A DNA stretch of 64,000 bases from Felis catus. Taxonomy: Eukaryota. Position numbers and translations under genes: made by a program. Positions 25,204 through 38,613 of the stretch are shown here, one piece after another; within the stretch, counting starts at the first letter, position 1, and each line of letters begins with the position of its first letter. The DNA lies in NCBI RefSeq assembly GCF_018350175.1, contig NC_058368.1, positions 53,880,001 to 53,944,000 of the forward strand. Reading direction: 5' to 3'. The notes under the pieces were generated by a model. It ran no database searches. It saw nothing but the letters and a program-made list of their open reading frames with translations, and was not told the origin of the DNA.

Positions 25204-25769
25204 TATATATATACATATACATATACATATACACATATACATATATATACATGTATATATATATACATGTATATACATATATATGTATATACATATACAT
25301 ATATATGTATATATATATACATGTATATACATATACATGTATATATATGTATATGTATATACATATATATGTACATGTATATATGTATATATGTATATAT
25401 GTATATATGTATATACATATATACATATGTATATACATATATATATGTATATGTGTATATGTGTATACATATACATATGTATATGTGTATATGTGTATAC
25501 ACATACATATGTATATGTATGTGTGTATACATATACATATGTATATGTATGTGTGTATATGTATATGTATATATACATGTATGTATACATGTATATATAT
25601 GTATATGTGTATATGTATATATACATGTATATATATGTATATGTGTATATGTATATGTATATATACATATACATGTATGTATACATGTATATATGTATAT
25701 GTGTATATGTATATATACATATATGTATACATGTATATATATGTGTATATGTATATGTATATGTATATA
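25204..25769. repeat. Compound (TA)n/(TACA)n/(TATG)n microsatellite, ~565 bp
   Basis: Continuous purine-pyrimidine alternation read directly from the sequence. Confidence 0.98.
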
Positions 25770-25774
25770 AGATT

Positions 25775-26165
25775 CTGGCCCAAAATACATAACCTCTGTC
25801 CAAACATGACAAACACGGCAGACAAATCCAAATGGAGGGGCAATCTATACAACCAATGATCCCTGTTTTTCAAGTGTGAGGGTCATGAAAGACAAGGAAA
25901 GACAGACAATTGCAGACAGAGGGGAAGGTGACATAGCAGCTGCACACAATGGGAAATTCTGGATTGGATCCTGGAACAGAAGAAAGAACATCAGTGAAAA
26001 CTGGTGAAATTCAAATAGGAACTGTTGTTTACTCCATAATATCATATGGATGTTAATACGTGGCTCTTCACATTTTTACTATGATCATCTTTGCTTGTGG
26101 GAGAGTGAGGTGAGGGCTCTAAGCAAACTTTTGTACTGTTTCTACTTTTCTCTAAGTCTAAAGTT
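25775..26165 (+). mobile_element. Old L1 (L1MC/MD-like) 3' UTR fragment
   Basis: cagacaaatccaaatggaggg...tcatgaaagacaaggaaagac...ctggattggatcctggaacag...aaactggtgaaattcaaatag. Confidence 0.78.
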
Positions 26166-27589
26166 GTTTTTTTGTTTGCTTTTTTTTTTTTAACTGAGAA
26201 ACAATCTACATCAATCATAGAGGAGGTTTCAGCAGAAGATTTTTTTTATCAGTTCCCAAGTCACTTGCTGCAGACATTTGGGGACACCAGAGCTGACTCT
26301 CAGAACTCATGAGGATAGCATCTTCTGTACACACAAAAAAAATGTGGGCATTTACTGAGTCCCCAAGATATATTTTCCTCTGAGGGAAAGATGATTATAA
26401 TGGTAAAATCTAGGAGCTGAGGTAATGCTGTTGACAGGACAAAACAAACCAGCATTCAAACACTTCTAATCAGAGACCTCCTTAATAAATTGTAGAAGAC
26501 AGTCTGAAGCAGATGTTTAATTGAATAAAGTTAAGCTTTTCGCACAAATAGGTCAGGTAATTCCTTCCTCTATGTGATATTTGATAAATGCAGTGCTTCA
26601 TAGTTTGTGGATTCCAGTGATGGTGACTACCAGACATTACTTCCATTGTTAAACAATTCCAAGATATGATTTCTATCTAGAACATATCTATTGATGAATC
26701 AAATGTGGACTTGGCAAGCACTATGTGGGAAACTGAATCCCTAGTGCCAGAGTATAATGAGATCAGCTCCCTGCCATGGAAACACGGCTTTGGTGATAGG
26801 GTAGGTGTAGGGTTAGTACAGGAAGAGTGGGATACCAGGGAATAAGGTTACTGTAGGGTTTAAGTAAGAAAGAAGAGGGACCTCACCTGCAGTAGTGTAG
26901 GAAGGATGAAGAAAATGGGATGAAATTAATTAATAGATAAGATCAATAGCAAGAGAACGAATGTACATGATGACCCATCTCAAATGTGTGAGATGTGGTG
27001 GTGAAGAAAGGAGACAGAGAGAGTGGGAGGGGAGGGAAGTGGATGTGATAGGGAGGAAGAAAGGAGGAAGAAACGAGGTGGGAAGAAAGAGAGGAAAAAA
27101 CTCAAGATGATGGATGAGAAAGAAAGTCACTGATTTTATATGCAAAAAAAAAAAAAGAATTACCAAGAATCATCAATTTCTTTAAAGTTTTCTATAGCTT
27201 TTAGCCAACTCTGAATGACTTCTACAATCCCCAGATAACCATCACCATCATTCTAGCTAATATTGGCCTCAGGCATTATAATATCAATTCTAATACAACT
27301 TAGACCCTACAGAATTTGACCTTTTTGGTTTTTGTTTTTGTTTTTGTTTTAGAAAGTTATTAGGAAGCAGTAAGTTATCAGGAAGCAGTGCCCTTCATTA
27401 GTTACAGGATGTTTTTAGGAACTCAGATATCCTCAGGCATCAATAAATAAATGAAAGTGGGGGAGTTATACACTCAGGTTACATTGTTGCACTAGGGAGT
27501 GGTCATGAAGCAAATGACTGGTAATGAGCAAAACAGGTGGATTCCACAGTAAGGATGCAGAAGACAGAAAATCACATTAATACATGTCT

Positions 27590-27900
27590 TTCAGGAAATA
27601 TTTACTAAGCCTGACCATGTATCAGGCAATACTCTAGATTCTGGAGAAATAGTAAAGAATAAGAAGCCCAATATCTCTCCTCAAATTAAAAAAAAAAAAA
27701 GATTTTCACTGTAATCAACATGATGAAGAAAAGAAAGCAGGGTAGATAGAACTGGACCTACCTGGGAAGTGGTGCAGAGGGAAGAGTACTACCTGATTCC
27801 GATGGTCATTTCCCTAAGGAACAGTCATTTGAGCTAAGACCTGGCAGAAGAGCAAAGGTCATGCCATGAGAAACTCTAGAAGGAGTAGGTGAGGATACTC
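27590..27900 (-). mobile_element. L2 remnant
   Basis: aaatatttactaagcc...tcaggcaatactctagattctggaga...tttgagctaagacctg. Confidence 0.6.
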
Positions 27901-27914
27901 TTGGTAGAGACTAC

Positions 27915-28105
27915 TGTTGTAGTTATAGGCACAAAATCCAGAGCCAGACTCTCTGGGTTTGAATCATGGCTCTTCCAATTACCATCTGTCTAATCTTGGC
28001 CAAGTTCCTTAACTTTTCTATACTTCAGTTTCTTCGTCTGTAAAATGAGGATAAAAGGGGACTAAATATGTTTAATACTTGAATGAAGTGCTATTTGTGT
28101 TTGTT
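27915..28105 (-). mobile_element. MIR remnant
   Basis: gagccagactctctgggtttgaatc...cttggccaagtt...cagtttcttcgtctgtaaaatgaggata. Confidence 0.82.
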
Positions 28106-28343
28106 AAATACATCCATGCATACATACACATATACATAAAGTTAGCCTGGGGTTACATTTACAGGTGATTAGCAAGAAAAAATTTTAAGGATATAATGAC
28201 TATACTAAATCTTGAAGTTTGGAGCGAGAACTCTCTAAGAAGAGGGAAGAATACATGGAAAGGCTGTTTAAAAGCAACTCAGAATGTTGGGGTAACTTTA
28301 AGTAATTTGGAATAGATACAGGCACAGGGATGTTCCAGGGGGA

Positions 28344-28859
28344 TAGTCTGATTATTTGTCACTCTGTGACAAACTACCCTGAGACCAAGTGCTTAAAACC
28401 ACAGCTTATTATTATCTCTCACAGTTATGGAGATTGATGAACTCAGATGAGGGCTCGTGTGCAGTTGTAGTAAGATGATAGCTGGGGATGGATTCATCTG
28501 AAGACTACTTACCTTGCAGTCTGGTTCCTGGGCTGGAATGGCTGGAGCAGAAAGACCCTACTTAGGCATCTCCCTGTCCACATGGTCACTCCATGTAGCT
28601 AGCTTGGGCTCTGTCACAGAATGGTCTCAGGGTCACAGGTGGTCTCAGGGTGATCATACCTTTTATGGCAGTTTCCCATAGAGTCAGAGTTCCAAGGGAG
28701 AGGAAGTGACAGCTGTACCTAGAAACTGACACAGTGAGATTCCAACCACACTCTAGGTGAAGGAGCCACAAACCAGTCCAGATTCATAGGAGGGGGCGTA
28801 GACTCTCGCTTTGATTGGAGAAGGCTCAAAGAATGTGTGTCCATTTTTAATCTGCTTCA
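28344..28859 (-). mobile_element. MaLR solo LTR (MLT1H/I-like)
   Basis: tgtgacaaactaccc...gcttaaaac...atctctcacagtt...ccagattca...ccatttttaatctgc. Confidence 0.75.
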
Positions 28860-29809
28860 AGAGGTGATGAGAGGTAGGGCTCTAGAGCTAGGGGGGGAAA
28901 TCAGCCTGTATTCAGGACAGCCTTGTATAACATTCAGTCATGTTTGAAAATTGTCTGGTGGGTAATATTAGAACCATTTTAGGTTTTAACTATGGAACTA
29001 CTAAATCTCTAGATGTTATAACTGAAGACAAGATAAAACAGATTCCTTTATTGTAAAATTGTAGTGAAACCATGAGAACCATGGGGAAAAGTAGAGAATA
29101 ATTCACTGCTCTCCAATTCTGAAATTTCAGTACAGCTTCCCTGCAGAGAAATTCTCTAATAGCCACAGAAGGGCCCTAAGGAACAGCAAGATGCAACTGT
29201 GACCAGGATGCATTTTAGTAAGAGGTGAGTTTGGAGGAGTACTTAGTACTCAGAATTTCTCTTTTAGTTGTATTGCTTTGATTTACACAAAGACCATTTT
29301 GGCATTAGAGAGTTAACCAATCTTGGGAAGGTGGGTGTTGTTTTTTTTTTTATATAGCTGCAGTAGTAACTCAGAGGAGCTGATCTGATTCTGTGGTAAT
29401 TCCTTAGCAGCTAGTTCTATGAAGAGTGTAGACAAAGTCCATGTTCTGCACACATTTCATAAGCATTGATTAACATTTTCTTCCCTTTGGTGTCTATCTT
29501 TAAAATTAGGGCCCAAGAATTTAGAAAGTTGCTTATGGAAAGAGCGTTTATACAGTTATAAAACTTGAAGAAATCTGACTTTCATCAACACAATTCCACC
29601 TGGGATTGCCACATGTAGGATTTCTGGGCTAAATGGACGAATTCCTCTTTTATGTGTAAATTCTTAGATACTAGGAGTCAGTACCTGGTCTGGATAACAT
29701 GTTTCTTTCTTCACTATAAAAAAAAGGAAATACAGAGCTCAAACTGGTTTTCTTCTTCTCTATTTTCCCAAACCACAGGGCTTTATTCAACAAACACTTG
29801 CATCCTGCT

Positions 29810-30015
29810 TAATATTTGCCCGGTATGATTCAAAGTACTTTATAGATAATAACTCATTTTCTCATCACTACTGCCCTAAGAGACAAATGTTGTTATCATC
29901 GTTCCTGATTTTGCAGATGAGGCAGAGAGCAGTTAGTAACACAGGGAAGAGGTGACAGGGCTGCGATATGAGCCCATGCGTCGGGCTCCAGATTCACATT
30001 CTCAAACACTGTGTT
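29810..30015 (+). mobile_element. MIR remnant
   Basis: aactcatttt...attttgcagatgaggc...gacagggctgcgatatgagccc. Confidence 0.65.
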
Positions 30016-31070
30016 GGTTATCTCCATTTTCCCCTTATAGCCACTGTTTTAGCCTCTACATAATTCTGTTTTTGACTCATACCATTACAATTATTGTAAC
30101 TTCCCAGAGAGAAGTAGAAGTCCCTACTAATTCCTCTATGTATCCACAGTATAAGGCATTGTGCTTAACAAAATACAAGTTCCTCAATGGATGGGTTTGC
30201 CTAAATGAATGAAACTGGGTTAATAATAGGAGGATAAATGTTTCTCAGACCTTCAGATCTGTTGTTTAACAGGAATTGTTCAACAATTATTCAACAATGT
30301 CTTATACATGCCTTATATTTTAAATCATATTGGGAGGAATTTATATATTTGTCCCATTTGTCCTTTCTCTTACATGTTTAAACACTTACATTTTATTGCT
30401 ATCTGGAAGGATTCATAGTAAATCTTACAACTCAAAGTTGATTCCAAGACAAAGGTTAATTGGCAAAATTCATGCAAGCATTAAATATTTTACATGAATC
30501 AGAAGGTCAGTTGTTATTTCTGAATCATATAACTCTTATAATGAAATTTTAAAAGAAGTGACATCTTTCACATTAATGGTTTATAGCCCTACTGAGAATT
30601 TTTTTTAACATTGGTAGTTAATCAAGATTGATTTCTATGAACTATAAACTCCTAAGTATACAATCTAATTGAGGACATTGCTGACAAAATTCCCATACGA
30701 TAGGCACTGTAACTGATACATATCACTTACCAACGTATCATAGACATTGACAATGTATAGGATTCAGCAAATATTGTTTATTTAACTCATTAATTTCTTT
30801 GCCAGTTTTGTATAGTAATGACGAATTTTAGGACTGAAAAAGCTATACTTTAATCACTGAACTACATACATTCAATTTTAAGACAAGCCTCTTGACAAAT
30901 AAAAAATTTAAGAAACCTTATTTTTCCCTAGATAAGAGGGCAATTTTGGGGGGAAAGCTATAATTATGATTTTTATTTCTCAAGTTCATTGATTCAAGTA
31001 ATCCAGCCATTTATTTTTTCTGCTGAAAACAAGACACACAGACACAAACATGGAAAATATATATTTATAC

Positions 31071-31760
31071 TCAGGAAATGACAGGTGTTGGCGAGGATGC
31101 AGAGAAAGAGGAACACTTTTGCACTGCTAGTTGTAATGCAAACTGGTACAGCCACCCTGGAAAACAGTGTGGAATTTCCGCAAAAAAAACTAAAATTAGA
31201 GCTACCCTACAGCCCAGCAGTTGTATGACTAGGTATTTATCCAAAGGATAAATAATACAAAAGAATACAAAAATGCTGATTTGAAAGGACACGTGCACCC
31301 CAATGTTTATAGCAGCACTATCAACAATAGCCAAGTTATGGAAAAAGCCCAAATGTCCATTGACTGACGAATGGATCAAGAAGATGTGATATATGTATAT
31401 AATGGTATATTACTCAGTGATCAAAAATAATGAAATCTTGCCATTTGCAACAATGTGGATGGAACTACGTGAAGCAAAAGAAGTCAGTCAGAGAAAGATA
31501 AATATCATATGATTTCACTCATGTGTGAAATTTAAGAAACACAGCAGATGAACATAGGGGAAGAGAAAGAAAAATAAGGTAAAAACAGAGAGGGAGGCAA
31601 ACTATAAGAGACTCTTAAATACAGGGTGGGGGATGGGCTAAATCAAGGATGGGCATTAAGGAGGGCACTTGTTGGGATGAGCACTGGGTGTTATATGTCA
31701 GTGATGAATCACTAAATTCTACTCCTGAAACTACTACTACACTATATTACTACACTATAA
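31071..31760 (+). mobile_element. 5'-truncated carnivore L1 (L1_Fc/L1_Carn-like) 3' end
   Basis: tgttggcgaggatgcagagaaagaggaac...gcacttgttgggatgagcactgggtgttatatg...ctcctgaaac. The end merges into TAC/TAT simple repeat up to ~31812. Confidence 0.93.
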
Positions 31761-32789
31761 CCATTACTATACTATATGTTATGTATGTTATATATGTTTT
31801 ATACGTATATATGCTTCTAATATTTGAAAACTATTTCCTCTGAAAATTCTTAGTTACAAATGTTCTAAGTCTTTTCTGAAAATGAATTTATTTAAAATGT
31901 GAATCATTTTATACTGCAAGATTCATACATATATATTATTTTTTGTGTTTCTTATAAAGAATGAAATAAGACCTTTTATTTTATAAAAGTCAAACTCACA
32001 GATTCTAAAAAAGTAAACATATGAAAGGATAGACAATTTCAATATTGTTTTAATAAAAGCATGCTTTTCTTATTAAAGTTTTGGGATGGATTTTAAGATG
32101 CGTAAAACACAAACCAGGGATGCTGTAACTGGGAGAAAATTTGAGGATCTAATAAAACTGCAGACTTCAAGCCTCCACCCTCTGTTACAATGATGTTATC
32201 TGATTTCCTAAATGTAGCTATTAGTCTGGCTTGTCAGCTGTCTGCGTTGGACCAAGAAAAGACTAACCTTTACCTAATTTCTTATCTTTAAATATATGTA
32301 AAGGTTGGGGGGTGGGGGTAGGTCGGAGGCAACACAGAATATGCCAGATGAAATGGTCTAATGTAGCAAAATAGTTTCCTTATTTCATCTGTTTCTTCAA
32401 CTATGGAATATCTGTTACAGAGGTTCTGAAAGCAACCAAGGCAGGTCAGATAGTGCTGAGTGAAGTTGTGTGGATACTAAAAGCACAGAGAGATTTTGGG
32501 ATTGACTGAAAAGTCAGCAGCCATGAACTCTACAACTAAAGTCCTCTAATACAGAGATGACTTACATGGTAATTGATAACTAAAAATGCTCACCTTAAGG
32601 AAAAATCAGATATACAATAACTCGTTTTCCTTTCATCTAATCCTAAAATTTTGTGTTTCCAGATTGGAGGCAAACCTGTGCCATGCCAGAGTGCAATGCA
32701 AGCTCAGCCTCTACTTATCTTTTGTTTACTTTCACTGACTTTCCCAAAGATACTGGGATGGGGATAGGACTCATTTATGGAAGACAAGA

Positions 32790-32945
32790 CTGGAATAGGT
32801 CTTAGAGATCATGAAATCAGTCTCTCTTTCCTGTCTTTCAGGTAGAGAATAATTGAGTCCCAGAGTGGTTAAGTGAGTTGTCCAGAGCACACAGGTCTTT
32901 AAGGTCTAGTTCATACCAAAAGCAGAGGTGAAGTCCCAAACACCC
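32790..32945 (+). mobile_element. MIR remnant
   Basis: ccagagtggttaagtgagttgtccagagcacacag MIR core. Confidence 0.6.
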
Positions 32946-35900
32946 AGTATAATCTTTGGATGAATGTGCATACAGTAATGCAATTGCTGTAAAATTATCA
33001 CAGAGGCAAGGAGAACATTGTTCATATTTGAGAGAATGCTTAAACAACCTGAGTTGAACACCCTCAGCAGTTCAACAACACATAAGAACTCAGATTTTTT
33101 TTTTTTTCAGTTTTTGGCATACGAATCCAGTCACTGCTCCTGTTTTTAAATCATGGACTGTAACTTCTTACTTGAATAATTGAATAAATTGAAGCCTTGA
33201 GAGGTTGCATGACTTATTCAAGGGCACGCAGTTGCCAAGCAGACCCCGGGGAACTGAAACATCTTCTGCAACTTTCTCCCATAACATATTTTGTTTAGAG
33301 ACTTCCTCTTAGATTCAAGAAATACCAGACTTGGGAGTCGTGAAGGAGAGGACAATTGGCAGTTGATGCTATAAGCCACGGTATCTTTCTCTCTGCTCTA
33401 GTACTACCAAGGCTTCAGAAATTTGGGGGAAGACAAACTTTGAGGGGCACTCCCAGAGCCAAGGGTTTTAACACTGTTGATAATGTGTTATTTAGGACCA
33501 CGCCTGGTGCCAGGATGTTTTGCCAAAAGGCCATGTTGTCACACTGCACGAAGCCTAAAGGTTGTTTTGGAAATCCCTGAGCTTGCTGCATTTCAGAATA
33601 GTAGATGTTCTGTGTAAAGGGAATGGAATGAGGTGGGTTTTTATCAAAGATAAGAATGTAGGGACTTATTTATTCAAATATCTTCTGAGCAGGAATCCAT
33701 AAGCTTATTTCTCTGGTTTTAAAGCAAAAAGTACCCTGGAGCATCTTTCAATCCAGTGCCAAAGTTTGATGTGAAATGGAAGAGCAAATGCAGCCAACTA
33801 CAGCAGAGTACAAGAGGAGTCACAGGGACCATAGCTACTTGGCATCCAAGCTACTTTTGTGGCGGACCAAGGGTGAGTGACTTCATTGCTATTCACATCG
33901 GTGAACACAAATGAATTGGCCCACGGGAAGTCCGTGTTGCTAGATCAGATTTCAGCCTTACAAGAGCTGAAATAGTAATACGTGATGAGCCATAGTAACT
34001 CATTATGGTTTTAGGGCCTGGCTACTTTGTGGTCATGAAGTATAATATCATGAGCCGTAAGAATTTGCAAGATTCTGTCTCAAGTTAGTGCTATAGTACA
34101 TCTTGCCACCATTGACATAGGCATGCACTGTTCTGCCTGAGGCATTAGATGTCTAATTTGATCAAATTCAGATCCTATAATTTGAATCCAAGCCAAACCA
34201 CAATCAAATCATAAAATTTCCAAATCTGCCACCATCTTGGAAATGTCAAATGCTGGGTAGGGGAGCAGGAAATGACTACACAGGGAATAAATAGAACTGT
34301 TTTAATGAATTTTGCATCTGGCCGTTATGGCCATCAATCCATTAGATATAATTTAAACATCTTGATTAGCATTTCATTACCTTACATGACTGCTGGGGAA
34401 AAAAAAATAGTGCCTCCATGTACCACGCATACCAAAATATCCTAAACTCCTTTGAGTTTTGAGGAGCTAAATATAGTGCTCTCAGGCCACTTACATGGTG
34501 TTTGAAGTCTGCTTGATGTTAAGCTAAAAAATAAACCTGAGAAAAAGGGATGTTTTTATATGCTCAGATATTAAGACCCACTAGAAGCATGGACTGCTTT
34601 GGCAATCATTGTCGGACCTCCCTGGTGTCTGAGGAATTGTACGCTCCTTTCTAAATCCTTTCGGAAATTGCCAGTTTGATAGAATAACATTGCAGGAAAC
34701 CACTCAAATTGAACATATTTGTTGTTTTATGTTCTGCCAAGCAAATGTCAGAACAATGCCAGGAGACCAGAGTGGATCAAAATTGGAGGGGGCGGGAGGG
34801 GAGGTGAAGAGAGGGAACCAGGAGCAAAAGAGACAATGAGATTAGAATAAGTTATTTTAATGGGGAAATTTAAACCCATAAAACAAACTCTTGCTTTTGA
34901 GAATTAAAAGCAAAAGATATTGTGTCTTCTCAACTGTCTTGTGGTCGACAGCATGACGTCCAATCTGAGAATTTTTGTTGTAGAATTTCATTATTGTGGC
35001 CCATAATTTTCTGGTAAATCGCTATCCGCTGGTCAATATGTTGCCAACAATGAAGACTGAATTGAGGGCTGACTTGGAGAACTCATTAATGGAGCCTGTT
35101 TTTTCAGATTTATTCCATTTATCTTGAATATGAATCTCCTTTACTACTGGGACTTTTTTTTTCACTTTGCATTTTTCAATTACACAGCGTGTCATATAAA
35201 TCATCTTAATTAATTAGGAACAACAGTTTGCCATAATCATTTCTTCAGTCTCATGTTTGAAGTCCCAGGGAAACTTTTTTTTTTTTCTAAGTGTGACAGT
35301 ATAATAGAACTTACTGGTAGTGATTCTGAGTATTCCTGCAGGAATTTATTTTTCCAGAAAGATCGGTGTGGAGAAAGGCTGCATGAACGAGTGTGTTAGC
35401 TTTGCCTTTTTTTTTTTTTTTTTTTTTTTTAAGTGGCTGACTCATAAATTAGGAACTTGATTCTCTCTCCCTGGCTTTGGATGGTTTCCTAATGAGCAGA
35501 AGGGCTGTTTTATTTATTTATTTACTAACTGATGTGGATTCAAACCCTTGATAGCACTTTAACACCTTAGTGACTGTGGTTATATTAGTATTGCAGGCAC
35601 ACAGTGTTAATTTGGTTACCAGGAAAAACTTTTTGCCTCATCTCCACTTAAGTATTGAACCCAGGGCTAAACATATGCTCTCTATTTTTGCCAGGTTATC
35701 ATTACATTTTAGCACATGGAAAAAATTTGATACTGACTAAAATTGAATGCTACTATAAAGTAAATAAAGCTACTTTATTTTCCACACCAATTAAAAAAAA
35801 TATGTAGCTTCCTTTCTAAAATACCTAAATACATTTGTTTTGTCAGCAAATGTGAAAACTGTATCTTATTTTCAAATGTGTAACAACACCCCCAGTAAAT

Positions 35901-36614
35901 TGTTTAAAAGTCAGAATTTAGATTAATTAGATAGTCTTTGGACAATATTAATGTTTGATCTTAGATACATATTCATCTAATTGCTCTGAAATTGGAGATG
36001 TTATTATGATATGCATGACAAATTATTTTGTGTTCTCTAAGGTAGGTTGGATGGTAGGTATTATTTTTACATAGTGGGTACAAATGGATGTGTATAGGAA
36101 GTAAAGTGAGCTGTCCAATGTCACACACACACAACATTATACCACTGGAGCTAAAGAACATCTAGAACTTATTGTCAAAGCATTGCTAAATAAACGTGCA
36201 CTTGTGATCTTGTTTTTTTCTGCACTCACATGATTGCTTCAGCAAAGTACCAATAAGGGAACCATTTGCTGCTTTCACAGGACTTTAGGCGAAGGGAGTA
36301 AAGTGATAATTACACACAGCTTATATAAAGAGTCAGTCCAGTCTTCCTGGTAGGCAGAGTAGGTGCTCACATATGTTGTGTGATTTGAGAGAGAGAAAAA
36401 GCTTCTCCTTGTTGTGTATCCCCTGAGCTGCTTGTATAGAGAGTAGACAGCTTCAACAAAGGGTAAACTCTCTTCACACTGTTTTCTATTACTCCTCAGT
36501 GCCTACCAACCAGTAGAGCGCTCTGGTCCCCACTCTGCCCGATCCACTCTGCCTTTGGTTGGCTCTTGGGTCAGCTTCTCCTTCCTCACAAGGTCTTCTG
36601 TAACGCCTTACCTG

Positions 36615-37093
36615 TGACCTTCAGCAAAGGAGTTTTACGTTTGTAAATAGTTGGAAAAAAGATCCAAAGATAAACGTTTCATGATATATGAAAAGTATAA
36701 GAAATTCTAAGTTCAGTAGCCATAAATAAAGTCTTTTGCGGGGCACCTGGGTGGCTTAGTCAGTTAAGCCTCTGACCCTTGATTTCTGCTCAGATCATAA
36801 TCTCTTGGTTCATGAGCTTGAGCCCCACATCAGGCTTTGTGCTGACAGTGCAGAGCCTGCTTAGGATTCTCTCTCTTTTCCTCTCCCTCTGCCCCTCCCC
36901 ACCTCTCAAAATAAATAAATATACTTTAAAACATAAAAAAAAATAAAGTCTTTTGTTTACACATTGTCTATGACCACTTTTGCTATATAATGACAGAGTT
37001 GAACAGTTGTGATATTCTGTGTGGCACCAAAGCCTAGAATATTTACCAAAATATTTTAGCAGATATTTAGCAAAATAAGTTTGCTGACTCCTG
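36615..37093 (+). mobile_element. MER58B-like hAT-Charlie MITE, split by a SINE
   Basis: ttggaaaaaa...ccataaataaagt...ttgtctatg...cagagttga...aaagcctagaatatttac...gtttgctgactcctg resembles recalled MER58B. Confidence 0.85.
36739..36940 (+). mobile_element. Can-SINE (SINEC_Fc2-like) inserted in MER58B
   Basis: Perfect 15-bp TSD aaataaagtcttttg. Confidence 0.95.
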
Positions 37094-37410
37094 CCCTATA
37101 CTTCAGAATCAAGTAAACTGATGCCCTTAAGTGCCCATAGCACTGCAATGGCTGTGTCTTCTCTACTAGAGTTTGAGCTTCGTGGAGCAAGCTTATTTTT
37201 CTCAGTGTAACATCTCTAGCACCTACAAGAGAATGCCAGAGCATAAAGTAAGTGCTCAATAATGAGATGTCAAATTATCAATGCTTCCTCAGAACATTTT
37301 GTTTTTAGAATGATTTTGTAAATATATGATACATAATGAGTTACTCCTTTATCAGTCACTTAAAAATTATTTTGCAGGTAATTCTGTTCCTGGTTAAAAA
37401 AAAATAAACA

Positions 37411-37607
37411 GAGGTGTGTGGGTGGCTCAGTTGGTTAAGAGTCAGACTTTGGCTCAGGTCATGATCTCACAGTTCATGATTTCAAGCCCCTAATGGGGCT
37501 ATCTGCTATCAGCACGGAGCCCACTTTGGATCCTCTGTCTCCTTCTCTTTCTGATCCTCCCCCACGCACACTCTCTTTCTCTCAAAAATAAATAAACATT
37601 AAAAAAA
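37411..37607 (+). mobile_element. Can-SINE (older subfamily)
   Basis: gggtggctcagttggttaag...gagcccactttggatcctctgtctcc...aaaataaataaac. Confidence 0.9.
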
Positions 37608-37618
37608 CCCAACAAATT

Positions 37619-37845
37619 GGGGTGCCTGGGTGGCTCAGTTGGTTGGGCATCCAACTTCGGCTCGGGTCATGATCTCACAGTTCCTGGGTTTGAGCCCCCA
37701 TCAGACTCTGTGCTGATGGCTCGGAGCCTGGGCCCTGCTTCAGATTCTGTGGCTCCCTCTTTGTCTGTTCCTCCCTTGCTCATGCTCTGTCTCTGTCTCT
37801 CAAAAATAAATAAACTTTAAAAATTTAAAAAAACAAAATAAATAA
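37619..37845 (+). mobile_element. Can-SINE (SINEC_Fc), tandem to the previous copy
   Basis: Full head, CT tract and A-rich tail. Confidence 0.94.
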
Positions 37846-38234
37846 ACAATAAATCAGCCAACCACAGATAAGAAGCCAGGCCGTAATTAAGAAAGAGCCA
37901 TTACCTAGAGTGAATCTATTTTATTTTTTATCAATGACCAGGTACAACAGGGTTAATATTAGGTATAGGATTTCTTTTTCATTTATTCCATTCACCCCTA
38001 TTTTAGAATTGAAGGACAAACTAGAATTTAGTGTTAATGTGTATTTCTGGCTATCTGGGAAAGTCTTCTAATGAAAATAATTGTTTTAGTCATTAGTAAC
38101 CATGGAGATTGTAACTTTTCTAGATTCATGATATTGGTATTAAGGCACAGAAAGAGGATGCATGTGGTCTGCAACTGACTTGGAGATGGTTAAGTGGCCA
38201 CAAACCATGAAACCTAAAGGTAGTGGGTACGAAC

Positions 38235-38613
38235 TGTGTTCATTTGCAAGGGCTACCATAATGAAGTAACCCAGACAGGTGGGCTTCCATAACAGAAATA
38301 TATTTTTTCTCGGTTCTGGAGGCTAGAAATCTGAGGTCAGAGTGTGGCAGGGTCAGTTTCTTCTCAGACCTCTCTCCTTGCCTTGCAGGTGACCATCTCC
38401 CTGTGTCCTCACAGAGTCTTTCATCTGTGTATGTGTCCTATTCTCCTCTTCTTACAAGGATACTGGTCACATTGGATTAGGACCCACACCAATGACACTT
38501 CACCTTAAATACGTATTTAAGGACCCTCTCTCCAAATACTGTCACATTCTGTCATACTGGGGGGTTAGGGCTTCAGCATATGAATTTGAGGGGCACACAA
38601 TTTATCTCATAAT
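38235..38613 (-). mobile_element. MaLR solo LTR (MLT1A/B-like)
   Basis: ttctggaggctagaaatctgag...gtcacattggattaggacccac...ggggttagggcttcagcatatgaatttgagggg. Confidence 0.88.

Noticed and set aside
25037..25873. Six long ORFs of 169-278 aa
   Set aside because: Artefact of the RY-alternating microsatellite, which cannot encode stop codons.
33239..33264. gcagaccccggggaactgaaacatct resembles a conserved bacterial 23S rRNA stretch as I recall it
   Set aside because: Only ~25 nt with no flanking rRNA similarity. It continues a degenerate MIR core (33190-33250), so coincidence is the best explanation.
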